In this document: one piece after another, positions 7,846 through 15,956 of the stretch
Layout of the letters: each line of letters starts with the position of its first letter
Numbering within the stretch: position 1 is the stretch's first letter
Virus record (IMG/VR): IMGVR_UViG_3300036827_000017
Span: 1 to 55,793 of that record
Source of the DNA: a virus
Direction: 5' to 3' (one strand)
DNA length: 55,793 nucleotides
Translations under genes and position numbers: made by a program
Notes under the pieces: generated by a model
Seen by the model: only the letters and a program-made list of their open reading frames with translations
What the model was told of the DNA's origin: nothing
Database searches by the model: none

Positions 7846-8181
7846 ATGGCTGACACAAAATACAACGGTTGGACGAATTACGAGACGTGGAACGTCGCGT
7901 TATGGCTCGATAACAACGAAGGCGACCAAAACTATTGGAACGAAACCGCGCAGGAAGTCTACGATGCAGCCGAGGCCGAGAAGTCTTTTACCCGCGATGA
8001 GCAAGCTACGCTCGACCTGATGCACCGATTACAGGAAGAAATCGAGGAAGCGCAGCCCGATCTTGGCGCGTCGATGTGGGCAGACCTGCTAGGCGCGGCC
8101 ATGTCGGAAGTAAACTGGTACGAAATCGCGGAGCACTACATTGCCGAGGTGGACAAAGAAACTGAGGACAAAGAAGCCTGA
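7846..8181 (+). CDS. strongly acidic protein (111 aa)
   Basis: GWTNYETWNVALWLDNNEGDQ..., D/E-rich throughout. Confidence 0.65.
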   Translation: MADTKYNGWTNYETWNVALWLDNNEGDQNYWNETAQEVYDAAEAEKSFTRDEQATLDLMHRLQEEIEEAQPDLGASMWADLLGAAMSEVNWYEIAEHYIAEVDKETEDKEA

Positions 8182-8309
8182 TGCTCGCCGACATCGTGAT
8201 CCTGCTATACCTTTTGTGGTGCATGTTTTGCGTACAACCTTGATCTTCGCGCCGGCTCTTCTCCTTTCTCCAGTCGGCGCGCAGCGTGCCTGGGTGGTAC
8301 CGGGCCTTC

Positions 8310-8331
8310 GGGGAGCGCGTTAAGGCTCCCC
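8310..8331 (+). terminator. GC-rich hairpin after the acidic-protein gene
   Basis: GGGGAGC-8 nt loop-GCTCCCC; no clear U tract, so terminator role is weak. Confidence 0.25.
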
Positions 8332-8355
8332 ATATCCCACTTTGGAGGTCAAATC

Positions 8356-8529
8356 ATGGACATCAAGCAAACGGAAGCGCGACTCGCCGAGGCCGATCGA
8401 CTCCAGCAACTCGCACCGATCTTTACTCGTTGCCAGAAATGCGGCGCCGAGTGCATCCGTACTGGGGATAAACTGTGTGTGCTGTGCGCACTGGACGTTG
8501 CTATCCGGCAGATTGTGGGGATGAAGTAG
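8356..8529 (+). CDS. small Zn-ribbon protein (57 aa), replaces track ORF 8342..8524
   Basis: GGAGG 7 nt before ATG 8356; MDIKQTEARL...CQKCGAEC...CVLC. Confidence 0.6.
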   Translation: MDIKQTEARLAEADRLQQLAPIFTRCQKCGAECIRTGDKLCVLCALDVAIRQIVGMK

Positions 8530-8773
8530 CCCGCTTCTCGAAATATTCCCTCGTCTTGCGCGACTTTACCGTGCGCTCTTGCCTCAGAATTGCTTTACGG
8601 TGTTGTTTGAGCCTCACGATGATCTCAATCGCGTCGTAGAATGCCCGTTCTTCTTTGACCGTATGCGATTTTAGACGCCTATCGGCCTTCAGCACCCTCC
8701 AGATGGCATGTCCGATGCGAACGAGCCTTAAATAGCTTGCGTCATCTTCGTTGTAATCACACGGGCGGTTCAT
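8501..8773 (-). CDS. hypothetical protein (90 aa)
   Basis: start moved to ATG 8773 (AGGAG 7 nt upstream). Confidence 0.5.
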   Translation of the reverse strand: MNRPCDYNEDDASYLRLVRIGHAIWRVLKADRRLKSHTVKEERAFYDAIEIIVRLKQHRKAILRQERTVKSRKTREYFEKRATSSPQSAG

Positions 8774-8918
8774 TTTTATCTCCTGTCTCGTCGGCGAGCG
8801 TCCGAGCCAGCGACCAAAGGACTCCATCGAGGTTTGTAATCTCTTCCGTCGTCAGGCTGTCGCGCAGGTGCGGCATGATCTTCTGAATCAGCAATTCGTA
8901 AATGGCGTCGCGTTCCAT
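8757..8918 (-). CDS. hypothetical protein (53 aa), not in ORF track
   Basis: own translation MERDAIYELLIQKIMPHLRDSLTTEEITNLDG...; ATG directly follows a dyad box. Confidence 0.45.
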   Translation of the reverse strand: MERDAIYELLIQKIMPHLRDSLTTEEITNLDGVLWSLARTLADETGDKNEPPV

Positions 8919-8931
8919 TATTATTTTAATA
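8919..8931 (-). repeat. 13-bp dyad box
   Basis: exact; in the 22-nt spacer; on the gene strand TATTAAAATAATA is directly followed by ATG 8918. Confidence 0.9.
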
Positions 8932-8940
8932 CCTCGGCTT

Positions 8941-9201
8941 TCAGTCGGCTAGAATTTGGTGCTCGCAGCACGTCATTCGGCAACAGGGATGCGGGATAAA
9001 CCTTTCGATGTCCTGGGGATGCCATTCGAATATGCGTCCTTCGCATATCCAGCCGTCATCTTCGGCAGGACGCACCCGCACTATCTTGCCGGCCAGTGAA
9101 TCCCGCAAGACCCCATTTTTCCGCTCAGGCCCAGTCTGGTCAGACCAATAGTGCCGCTTGCCGTCCACTGGCGCGATCCGTACAGGCTGCCATTCGCTCA
9201 T
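8941..9201 (-). CDS. hypothetical protein (86 aa)
   Basis: ORF in operon context. Confidence 0.6.
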   Translation of the reverse strand: MSEWQPVRIAPVDGKRHYWSDQTGPERKNGVLRDSLAGKIVRVRPAEDDGWICEGRIFEWHPQDIERFIPHPCCRMTCCEHQILAD

Positions 9202-9359
9202 GGTTTAACCTCGGCTTTCTTGCGCTTCGCGTAAATCAGCGTGGCGACGTTCAGGCAGGACAGGCACAATTGACACTTTTCCCCAACATATCCGCTCTGT
9301 GAGCACCGCAGACAGCGCGCCTCGGGCACCAGCTTAATCAGCAGCTTGGGCAGCTTCAC
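9198..9359 (-). CDS. small Cys-rich protein (53 aa)
   Basis: GTG 9359 overlaps rusA stop (GTGA); CLRC...CQLCLSC. Confidence 0.5.
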   Translation of the reverse strand: MKLPKLLIKLVPEARCLRCSQSGYVGEKCQLCLSCLNVATLIYAKRKKAEVKP

Positions 9360-9808
9360 GGCGTCCCCGATCGTTCCATCGTCGTGACGCGCACCCACGT
9401 CTTTGCGCTTGAATCCAGAAACTTACTCACCCACAACTGCGATACTTGGGCATCGTCGCAGTACACAGTGCCAGTCATTGAGTCAAGTAGCGCGCGTGCG
9501 AGTTTATCGAGGTCCGGCTTGGTCAACTTGTGCCGATTCTCCCTGTCCTTTTTCGGCGTAGACTTTGGCCGGGTGAAGTAGAAATGCGCCTCGACGCGCA
9601 CCGCCACCGTGACAGGAAAGCATCCCGGCAGTACCAGATCCCGCATGGCGCGCTCTGCGCACGCGGCTACCTCTTGACGCCACGGCTTGAGTTCTTTGTT
9701 GGTCGTGGTCAAGATCGGGCGCTTCCAGCCCTTCGGCGTGAAGGCCCGCATCGACCCCTGATGCTGGGGCTTGCCGAATACCTCGAACGTGATGATTGTC
9801 GACGTCAC
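9356..9808 (-). CDS. rusA: RusA-family Holliday junction resolvase
   Basis: PDLDKLARALLDSMTGTVYCDDAQV matches the RusA DxDxxxKxxxD...DD pattern. Confidence 0.85.
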   Translation of the reverse strand: MTSTIITFEVFGKPQHQGSMRAFTPKGWKRPILTTTNKELKPWRQEVAACAERAMRDLVLPGCFPVTVAVRVEAHFYFTRPKSTPKKDRENRHKLTKPDLDKLARALLDSMTGTVYCDDAQVSQLWVSKFLDSSAKTWVRVTTMERSGTP

Positions 9809-10089
9809 TCGTCGGCTTCCTTTTCCTTGTGGATTCGAACCTTGACCTTCTCGCCCTCGGGCACCAGCTCGATTTCGATGTCCTCGTACTTGTACGTCTT
9901 TTTGCCAAACTTGTGCATCAGGCTAATAAGCGCCGTCTTGAGTTCGACCTCCTGCTTAGTCATCTCCATGCGCTCATCGCGGCCTTGGGCATAGTCCAGT
10001 GCCGCTTGGTCGAGTTCACCGATCCGACGCGCTTCCATCCCTGGCAAATCCTTCTGCTTGGCCCGTTTTGTCGCTGCCGCTTTCGCCAT
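9805..10089 (-). CDS. hypothetical protein (94 aa)
   Basis: 4-nt overlap with upstream gene. Confidence 0.6.
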   Translation of the reverse strand: MAKAAATKRAKQKDLPGMEARRIGELDQAALDYAQGRDERMEMTKQEVELKTALISLMHKFGKKTYKYEDIEIELVPEGEKVKVRIHKEKEADE

Positions 10090-10098
10090 GTCGCTCCT

Positions 10099-10530
10099 TT
10101 ATGCGTTCACCACGCTTTCAAATTTTAAAAGTCTGCGAATCTTACCCAAATCGTCGGTTACAAATCCAGCCATCTTCACCATCAAATCTGGCTCACGCAT
10201 CCCTGCCACATAGACTGCAACGATTTTCCCAGCACCGGCGGCCCAGCCCATCTCCATGCTGGCCGAAGGACCGCAGGGCATGACCATTACGCACGCATCA
10301 CACCACCGCAGCGCATCCATGTCGCGCTTAAATCCGCGTTCGGCGCATTGATGTTTCAAGCCTTGGAGATAGCCCGTAGGCGTCCATGTCTCCCATTTAG
10401 GGTCCACTTCCGACCAATGAAAGCCTTCGGAGTCTTTGAAGTCATAGACCTCGTGACCATCCTGCCGCAACGCGGCCACAACTTCAGGCTGAACGCTATT
10501 TCTCCATGAACTTGCAACGTATACCTTCAT
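10099..10530 (-). CDS. nucleoside 2-deoxyribosyltransferase-like protein
   Basis: start at ATG 10530 (ATGA overlap); MKVYVASSWRN ... SMEMGWAAGAGKIVAVY pattern; assignment tentative. Confidence 0.45.
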   Translation of the reverse strand: MKVYVASSWRNSVQPEVVAALRQDGHEVYDFKDSEGFHWSEVDPKWETWTPTGYLQGLKHQCAERGFKRDMDALRWCDACVMVMPCGPSASMEMGWAAGAGKIVAVYVAGMREPDLMVKMAGFVTDDLGKIRRLLKFESVVNA

Positions 10531-10862
10531 GCGTGCTTCGCCCCCTTTGATCCCCGGTGACACCCGTTTTGCCACGGTCCGCACAACGTCTGTAGATTCT
10601 CGATGTTATCGTGCCGCTTCTGCCCGTAGTTTTTGGCAACGTGGTGCATTTCCATACGCTCGAAGCTCACGTATTCGTGACATCCAAGGCATCGTCGACC
10701 GTCCCGCTCCCATACCTCCCACCGCCGATTACGGATGTCCACCCCCTTCAGGTACTCTCGCCCGTCCTGGTGCACCTGTGATCGACGGTCCAGGTACGTG
10801 CCGTCGCTGCGGCGCTGCGCGGTCAGCTCGCGGTCAACCCTGATGGATTCATGTTTTAGCAT
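10527..10862 (-). CDS. HNH endonuclease
   Basis: CLGCHEY...MEMHHV...HDNIENLQTLCGPWQNGCH; start ATG 10862 or 10910. Confidence 0.7.
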   Translation of the reverse strand: MLKHESIRVDRELTAQRRSDGTYLDRRSQVHQDGREYLKGVDIRNRRWEVWERDGRRCLGCHEYVSFERMEMHHVAKNYGQKRHDNIENLQTLCGPWQNGCHRGSKGAKHA

Positions 10863-11349
10863 TATCGCGCCTATTTCTCTGCTGCTGTGAACCTGTTGCC
10901 CATCGCACATTTCCTATCTCATAGTAACCGTTGTTGTTAATGCGATCAACGCTCAATCCGGGCGGGCGTTTGCCAAGCTCTTGCCAAAATTCTTCGAAGG
11001 ATTTGAAACGAAATTCAATACCTCGGCCTCCATAATTTTTATAACCCTGATTTTTCTTGTTCGTGCAACGATTCTTGGCAGATGTAAAAGCTCGGAATTC
11101 TGAGGTATATGACTGACCGTGTGTTATTGAACGACTGGCAACTGTCTTTGCCCATTCGATCAGAAAACAACCACAACTCTTCACGTGCCCATTTACAAGA
11201 TTTGTACCCCGAACATGCTTCAAGCCTCCGCAATCACAAGAGCAGAGCCAAATAACGCAATGTGGAGATTTTCCGCTAGGCCATCTGGCCGTAAGCCTAC
11301 CAAATCTTTCACCTGTACGATCTTTTATTGGCCCCCAACTGTGATTCAT
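10849..11349 (-). CDS. homing-endonuclease-like DNA-binding protein (YGGRGI module), paralogue of 2260..2700
   Basis: FTSAKNRCTNKKNQGYKNYGGRGIEF ... VDRINNNGYYEIGNVRWATGSQQQRN. Confidence 0.55.
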   Translation of the reverse strand: MNHSWGPIKDRTGERFGRLTARWPSGKSPHCVIWLCSCDCGGLKHVRGTNLVNGHVKSCGCFLIEWAKTVASRSITHGQSYTSEFRAFTSAKNRCTNKKNQGYKNYGGRGIEFRFKSFEEFWQELGKRPPGLSVDRINNNGYYEIGNVRWATGSQQQRNRRDNAKT

Positions 11350-11960
11350 TATTCAGCACCCTCAATCTCAGATTTCAATATTTCTTCGCTGGTATCGTTC
11401 ACGAGCTGCGCTATCGCTTCCCACACGCTAATGGCCCCGCTGGCGCGTTTTGTCTCATCCGACAGGTCTAAGTCCAAAACTCGCGCGATCTTCGTCTCAG
11501 CCTCCCGCAACCGGCTATAGACCCCCTCTGGAACGCGCAGCGCGAATGTTTTCCAGCCCTCTGGCACCTCTTTCGCGGTTCCGTCTATCCGAGCCTTGAA
11601 TTCCGCCGGCTTCTCGCTCACCGCGCGCTCGATCATTTTCGGGTCACGCCGCGTCTTTTCCGGCAACCGCGCTAGGGTGTGGGCGTTACCCTCCGGCATA
11701 GCTTCCAACTGGGCGTCAGTGACATGCTTCAAAGCTCGAATGTTGTGCAGCAGTCGCAGGAAGTGCGATACGCTCGTTTCGATCCCTACATGCTCCAGCC
11801 ACGCGGCCAGATCCTCGAATCCGGCAATCTCGTACTCGCGTGCATCGACTGATTTGGCAATCGTGCGCAGGATGCGAATCCGCATCTTCTTCGCCGTGCC
11901 CACCTCCCGCTTGATCTCGGCGATGTGCGCTAGGGCATCCTTTTTTGTGATGGATAGCAT
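11349..11960 (-). CDS. hypothetical protein (203 aa)
   Basis: start codon is fused to a dyad box (TATTAAAATAATATG). Confidence 0.65.
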   Translation of the reverse strand: MLSITKKDALAHIAEIKREVGTAKKMRIRILRTIAKSVDAREYEIAGFEDLAAWLEHVGIETSVSHFLRLLHNIRALKHVTDAQLEAMPEGNAHTLARLPEKTRRDPKMIERAVSEKPAEFKARIDGTAKEVPEGWKTFALRVPEGVYSRLREAETKIARVLDLDLSDETKRASGAISVWEAIAQLVNDTSEEILKSEIEGAE

Positions 11961-11972
11961 ATTATTTTAATA
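11960..11972 (-). repeat. 13-bp dyad box
   Basis: exact; on the gene strand TATTAAAATAATATG, last A is the A of start codon 11960. Confidence 0.9.
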
Positions 11973-12005
11973 AATCATCGCCTTACACTTGGGACACTGC
12001 GCCGA

Positions 12006-12188
12006 TCACGAGATTTGACCCTTACACTGAGAAACGACAGCCTCCAGCAGCTCCCGCGGCGTCGTCGGCCAGAACGTCGTCTCGCTCTCGATATTCTCTA
12101 CTCCAAAACGGCAGTCGGCGCACTGAGTGGCATTCCTCGTTTTGCGGCGCCCGCAATGGCAGACTAGCTTGGAATCAACGATTGACAT
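12006..12188 (-). CDS. small Zn-ribbon protein (60 aa)
   Basis: CHCG...CADC. Confidence 0.55.
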   Translation of the reverse strand: MSIVDSKLVCHCGRRKTRNATQCADCRFGVENIESETTFWPTTPRELLEAVVSQCKGQIS

Positions 12189-12798
12189 GATGACCGCGTT
12201 TCCTTTTCCTTTGATTTACGTGCTTTACGGTCTTGATAAGTTCGATCTCTTGCGGTGTCCGAGGCAGATCGTCGCTCAAATCTTGGTTTAGTGCCCACTC
12301 GGTCAGTGGTACCCCGTTCACTGTGGGAATAAGCTCCTGACTCGGCGCCTCAAGTTCAACCGCCTTGCGCTCTTGGCGTGCTTTCTGCTTTATCGCATTG
12401 TCCATATATAACTTTCGGCCCAGCTCGGCAAACGCCTCATTTATTGCGGTCAAATCTTCTGGCCGAATTGGATCGTTATCTTCGTACTGAATTGCGGTCC
12501 CAAATGGGGTGCGCTCACGCGACACTCGTAGCCCTTCCAGTATCTCGCTGACCTTCGGAAAATAGGTTGTCAGCTTGATCGCTTCCTTGCACCCGATCTC
12601 CAATTCTTTAGGACTCAAATGCTTCAATCCCTCTCGATACGCAAGCATGGCCGTTTCACTTAGGGGGTCTTGGCGCGAATATTCGGCGAACACTTGGATC
12701 CACTCGGCTAGGGTCGAAGAGAACTTGCGCTCTTTCTCTTGCGATTCTTCCCAATTCCTCTGCCGTTCGTCTCTTTGGCTTGTTTTCGACATGGACAT
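12175..12798 (-). CDS. hypothetical replication-module protein (207 aa)
   Basis: long ORF; first 143 nt overlap 12656..13318 in another frame, start uncertain (alt ATG 12651). Confidence 0.55.
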   Translation of the reverse strand: MSMSKTSQRDERQRNWEESQEKERKFSSTLAEWIQVFAEYSRQDPLSETAMLAYREGLKHLSPKELEIGCKEAIKLTTYFPKVSEILEGLRVSRERTPFGTAIQYEDNDPIRPEDLTAINEAFAELGRKLYMDNAIKQKARQERKAVELEAPSQELIPTVNGVPLTEWALNQDLSDDLPRTPQEIELIKTVKHVNQRKRKRGHHVNR

Positions 12799-13318
12799 AT
12801 TCCTTTTTCTCGTAAGGCTGCCGGGAGGGGAACGCCTTCGCTTTCTTCTTCCGATGTCCGGTGCAGAGGTCTTGCCTTGCTCCGCATTCAGGACAGGCGC
12901 CGGGTAGCGCCGAAGGCGCGGTTTCTACTGACGGTTGCTTTAGGGATGGTTCAAGGACGGTTCGGGTGACAGTATCTGACACCGGGGGGGTGACAGTATC
13001 TGACACCCTTTCGTGCTCAGGTTGTCGCCCCGGTGTCAATTTGACACCCGGTATGGAATACAGGTTGCACCCATGCGGACCGTTACCCGATTCGCTGATT
13101 AGTTCGGCCTTGAAATTGTGTTGAAAACGGCAGAGTCTACGAATTGTCCGCTGAACAGTTCGTTCGCTTACACGAGATTCCGAAGCCAAAGTAGAGATGC
13201 TAGGCCATGCACCCGTGCCATCTGAGCGCGCATGGTTAGCGATCATCAGTAATACTACAAAAGAATTTCCTTTATGTTTGGAGTTTTGAATAACCCACGA
13301 TATCGCTTGAACGCTCAA
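12656..13318 (-). CDS. replication-initiator-like winged-helix protein (lambda O-like role inferred)
   Basis: N-terminal PSISTLASESRVSERTVQRTIRRL HTH; contains iteron-like repeats inside its own coding sequence. Confidence 0.6.
   Translation of the reverse strand: MSVQAISWVIQNSKHKGNSFVVLLMIANHARSDGTGAWPSISTLASESRVSERTVQRTIRRLCRFQHNFKAELISESGNGPHGCNLYSIPGVKLTPGRQPEHERVSDTVTPPVSDTVTRTVLEPSLKQPSVETAPSALPGACPECGARQDLCTGHRKKKAKAFPSRQPYEKKEYVHVENKPKRRTAEELGRIARERAQVLFDPSRVDPSVRRIFAPRPPK
12965..13007. repeat. two identical 19-bp iteron-like repeats GGTGACAGTATCTGACACC
   Basis: 12965..12983 and 12989..13007, 24-bp period, joined by a G run; inside the initiator-like gene. Confidence 0.75.
13032..13048. 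repeat. 17-bp palindrome GGTGTCAA-T-TTGACACC related to the iterons
   Basis: shares GGTGTCA/TGACACC ends with the 19-mers. Confidence 0.7.
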
Positions 13319-13457
13319 CCCGAGTCCCCCTCATCCGGGAAATCGGAAGCCGTGGGATGAGCACGGCCCCCGCATCAACAAAAAACGCCGTTGCGCGGCG
13401 CGGGCGAGATCATAGATTTACCGCGCAATTCGTGTCAAGCGCAATGGCCGGTGAGCC

Positions 13458-13485
13458 TGTGGATAAACTGTGAATTTGTGGACAT
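13458..13485 (-). promoter_or_regulatory. DnaA-box-like sequences
   Basis: TGTGGATAA (13458..13466) is the reverse complement of consensus TTATCCACA; TGTGGACAT (13477..13485) is a weaker copy. Confidence 0.4.
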
Positions 13486-13521
13486 CAGGGCGGGGTTTCA
13501 ATGAATCAGAAATCGGGTCGC

Positions 13522-13737
13522 TCATGGCTTGCTCGCCTTTCCTTTCTCGAACGCATCGTTAAGCATCTCGCAGAGATCGTCTACAAATTCCTTGTCTCCC
13601 CAGGATTGACCCGCGCCAATACCATCAGAATCGACAATTGTCCACATTCGGTCATGGCCGCACTGAGAACAGCCTTCATGGTCGCACTCGACTGTGTAGG
13701 GCAATTTCGCTGCCGTGTCGCTCATGGCTTCGGCCAC
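13522..13737 (-). CDS. hypothetical protein (71 aa)
   Basis: ORF in operon context. Confidence 0.55.
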   Translation of the reverse strand: MAEAMSDTAAKLPYTVECDHEGCSQCGHDRMWTIVDSDGIGAGQSWGDKEFVDDLCEMLNDAFEKGKASKP

Positions 13738-14057
13738 CTTTCTACGTGAGAATTCTTCCAGGCCGTCATTGTCCTTGGATTGCCTTGCAGCGTTTTACAT
13801 GGCTGGTTTGCCTTTGCGCCGCATCGAGGACAACCTATGGACGCAATTTCCCTAGAGATATTGCTAAGGCCGCGACCGCTAACCCGCGGAATTCTACTAC
13901 CTGGTGACCGCGCCACGTGCGAATTGTTCCATCCAGTCTGCTTTCTTCCAGTTTTCAGGCTGATGCACATCTCCCCAGGTGCTTGTCCGCACGTAGGACA
14001 CTTACGCCTTCTAATTGTCTCTCCCAAATCACTGGTTCCGAGATGGAGCGGCCTCAT
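13722..14057 (-). CDS. tandem-duplicated Zn-ribbon protein (111 aa)
   Basis: CPTCGQAPGEMC...WNNSHVAR and CPRCGAKANQPC...WKNSHVER; ATGA overlap with upstream stop. Confidence 0.55.
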   Translation of the reverse strand: MRPLHLGTSDLGETIRRRKCPTCGQAPGEMCISLKTGRKQTGWNNSHVARSPGSRIPRVSGRGLSNISREIASIGCPRCGAKANQPCKTLQGNPRTMTAWKNSHVERWPKP

Positions 14058-14203
14058 GGCTTCGGTCCCATCCTTTCCAAAATCTGATTTAGCTTATCTG
14101 AAACCTGCACGGCGATATATCTCAGCATGAACACTACGAGTACGCCCAAGATAATGAGAATGCTCAATTCAAAGGTGATAGCCTGAGACTGTTCCGGTGT
14201 CAT
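14054..14203 (-). CDS. small single-pass membrane protein (49 aa)
   Basis: start at ATG 14203 (ATGA overlap); ITFELSILIILGVLVVFML. Confidence 0.5.
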   Translation of the reverse strand: MTPEQSQAITFELSILIILGVLVVFMLRYIAVQVSDKLNQILERMGPKP

Positions 14204-14898
14204 CGCGGACCTCGCAGATATTCCCAACTGATGCGTAATAGTGGCTTTCCGTAAACTGTGTACCAATGCCGCTTGTGGCTTCCAATTCGTTCGCAATGCA
14301 CGGTTCCGGTATCGGACTCAAGGGATGCTCGGCATCCTTTGTGACCCGCTGGCAGGATGCATGGTCCGTATATATTCGAGGTAGAATTGCAAAGTTGGCG
14401 TCCCGAGGCGGCTGGTGGGGTGAGAAGGGCTGAGAGCCTGTTAGCCGCGTCATCGTAGGCTAAAGCACCCCTAGGATTATCTGCACGTCCGAGCGGTCCT
14501 GTGTCTCTAAATTCCTTGACCAATCCAGCCAGCCCTTCTCGTAGGGCGGTGAGTTCATGTGTTCCGGCATTGAAGCCTCGCGTGTATTCTCCCTTCCAGT
14601 AATTATCCCGTTCGGCTCGCAGCTTTGCTTCGCTGTCGCAGATGAGGCAGACATACTTTCCGTCGTTTTGTGGATGTTCATTGTCCACGATGAATTCGCA
14701 GCACGCCATCGGGTGCGGCGTTCCGTCAGGGAATGTCTGGCCGCAGGGACTGGGTTTCAACAGGTCAGCGCGGGCGGCTTCGACGGCGGCTTTCCAGACC
14801 TCAGAGGCAACCTGCTTAAGTTCCTCAACTCCTGGTTTGTGGGCAGAAAACCAATTTGAGTTATTCGTGCTGCTCCAAAACTCCTCAAACGTCTGCAT
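14200..14898 (-). CDS. hypothetical protein (232 aa)
   Basis: AAGGAG before ATG 14898. Confidence 0.65.
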   Translation of the reverse strand: MQTFEEFWSSTNNSNWFSAHKPGVEELKQVASEVWKAAVEAARADLLKPSPCGQTFPDGTPHPMACCEFIVDNEHPQNDGKYVCLICDSEAKLRAERDNYWKGEYTRGFNAGTHELTALREGLAGLVKEFRDTGPLGRADNPRGALAYDDAANRLSALLTPPAASGRQLCNSTSNIYGPCILPAGHKGCRASLESDTGTVHCERIGSHKRHWYTVYGKPLLRISWEYLRGPR

Positions 14899-14913
14899 CG
14901 GGCTTCTCCTTCT

Positions 14914-15081
14914 CTATCGCGTCAATGTAAATCCTCGAATAATCCTTTGATATTCTCTACGTTCAAGCAGGTGCCAAAGACGCAATGGAATAATCGGGCC
15001 GAAAAACTCTTGGACGATTAGCCGTGCCTCATGCTCAAAGGGAGAGAACCAATCAATGTCCAGACCCCTCCATTTAACCAT
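14914..15081 (-). CDS. hypothetical protein (55 aa), not in ORF track
   Basis: own translation MVKWRGLDIDWFSPFEHEARLIVQEFFGPIIPLRLWHLLERREYQRIIRGFTLTR; fills the gap between two genes. Confidence 0.4.
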   Translation of the reverse strand: MVKWRGLDIDWFSPFEHEARLIVQEFFGPIIPLRLWHLLERREYQRIIRGFTLTR

Positions 15082-15607
15082 TTGGCGTTTCCTTCTCTAT
15101 CGCTTCGAGCGCGGCGGTGGCTTCGGCAACACGAATAGCTGCCATTTCCTCGGTGTAGTTGCCGTCTTTCCACCAGATGACTTCGTTCACTACCGCTTGC
15201 GCTACCAATCGCTTCTCGGCACGGATGGCCACGGCGGGATTTATTTCTGCGATTTCAGTTTGCAGGGCAGCCAATCTAGCGACTTCTGCCGAGCCTTTAT
15301 TCGGCGTGATGGCGTCCTTTGTCTTCTGGATTCGTTCAGCCGCTTCCCGGTATGCTCCTGCTATGAAGACCTCGATCTTTCGGGCAACGTCACCGATCAT
15401 TATGTCGGAAACCTCGTTATCCATCATTTCGTAAATCTCTTCGGCAACCTCCATCGCATCGGCGCTCGGCTTTACTGCGAGGGCGGCTCGGGCCTGGTCC
15501 CGTTCGCGGGTGAGTCGGGCGAGAGTCAAAAGAATATCCTTCGTACCCCAACCGATTAAACTACCTTCAGTTAGAACTTCTGCCACTTGCATGTCATTCA
15601 ATTCCAC
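15074..15607 (-). CDS. hypothetical protein (177 aa)
   Basis: long ORF. Confidence 0.65.
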   Translation of the reverse strand: MELNDMQVAEVLTEGSLIGWGTKDILLTLARLTRERDQARAALAVKPSADAMEVAEEIYEMMDNEVSDIMIGDVARKIEVFIAGAYREAAERIQKTKDAITPNKGSAEVARLAALQTEIAEINPAVAIRAEKRLVAQAVVNEVIWWKDGNYTEEMAAIRVAEATAALEAIEKETPNG

Positions 15608-15626
15608 TGGCGTTCCCTCCCCTGGC

Positions 15627-15878
15627 CTACGAACTTTTACCGCGCCGATTCAAACGACTCATTCTACCTATAGCTTTGCGGAGTCCTTCATCATCGTGTG
15701 TGTAAAAGCAGGTGAAAAATTCAGAAATTATATGTAGTTGGTCGCTGATTTTCTCCGTAAACGTCGCTAATTCCTCGGCCCCTTTTGTTCTTAGGTACAA
15801 TCCGTCATGTTGTCCTTTCTCAAGACCAGCGGCATATCCTCGCTTGTATTCATCTGAAACGATTAAACTATTGCTCAT
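15627..15878 (-). CDS. hypothetical protein (83 aa)
   Basis: ORF in operon context. Confidence 0.55.
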   Translation of the reverse strand: MSNSLIVSDEYKRGYAAGLEKGQHDGLYLRTKGAEELATFTEKISDQLHIISEFFTCFYTHDDEGLRKAIGRMSRLNRRGKSS

Positions 15879-15956
15879 GCTGCGTTCCCTCCCCCTTCAG
15901 GAATCCCCAAAATTCAGGGCCTTGGCTTAATTCAAACCACCTTTCCCATTACGCTT

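Noticed and set aside
9831-9841. GGATTCGAACC, a tRNA T-arm-like string
   Set aside because: It lies inside CDS 9805..10089 and no acceptor or anticodon arms can be drawn around it. I found no tRNA elsewhere by eye, though a tRNAscan run would be decisive.
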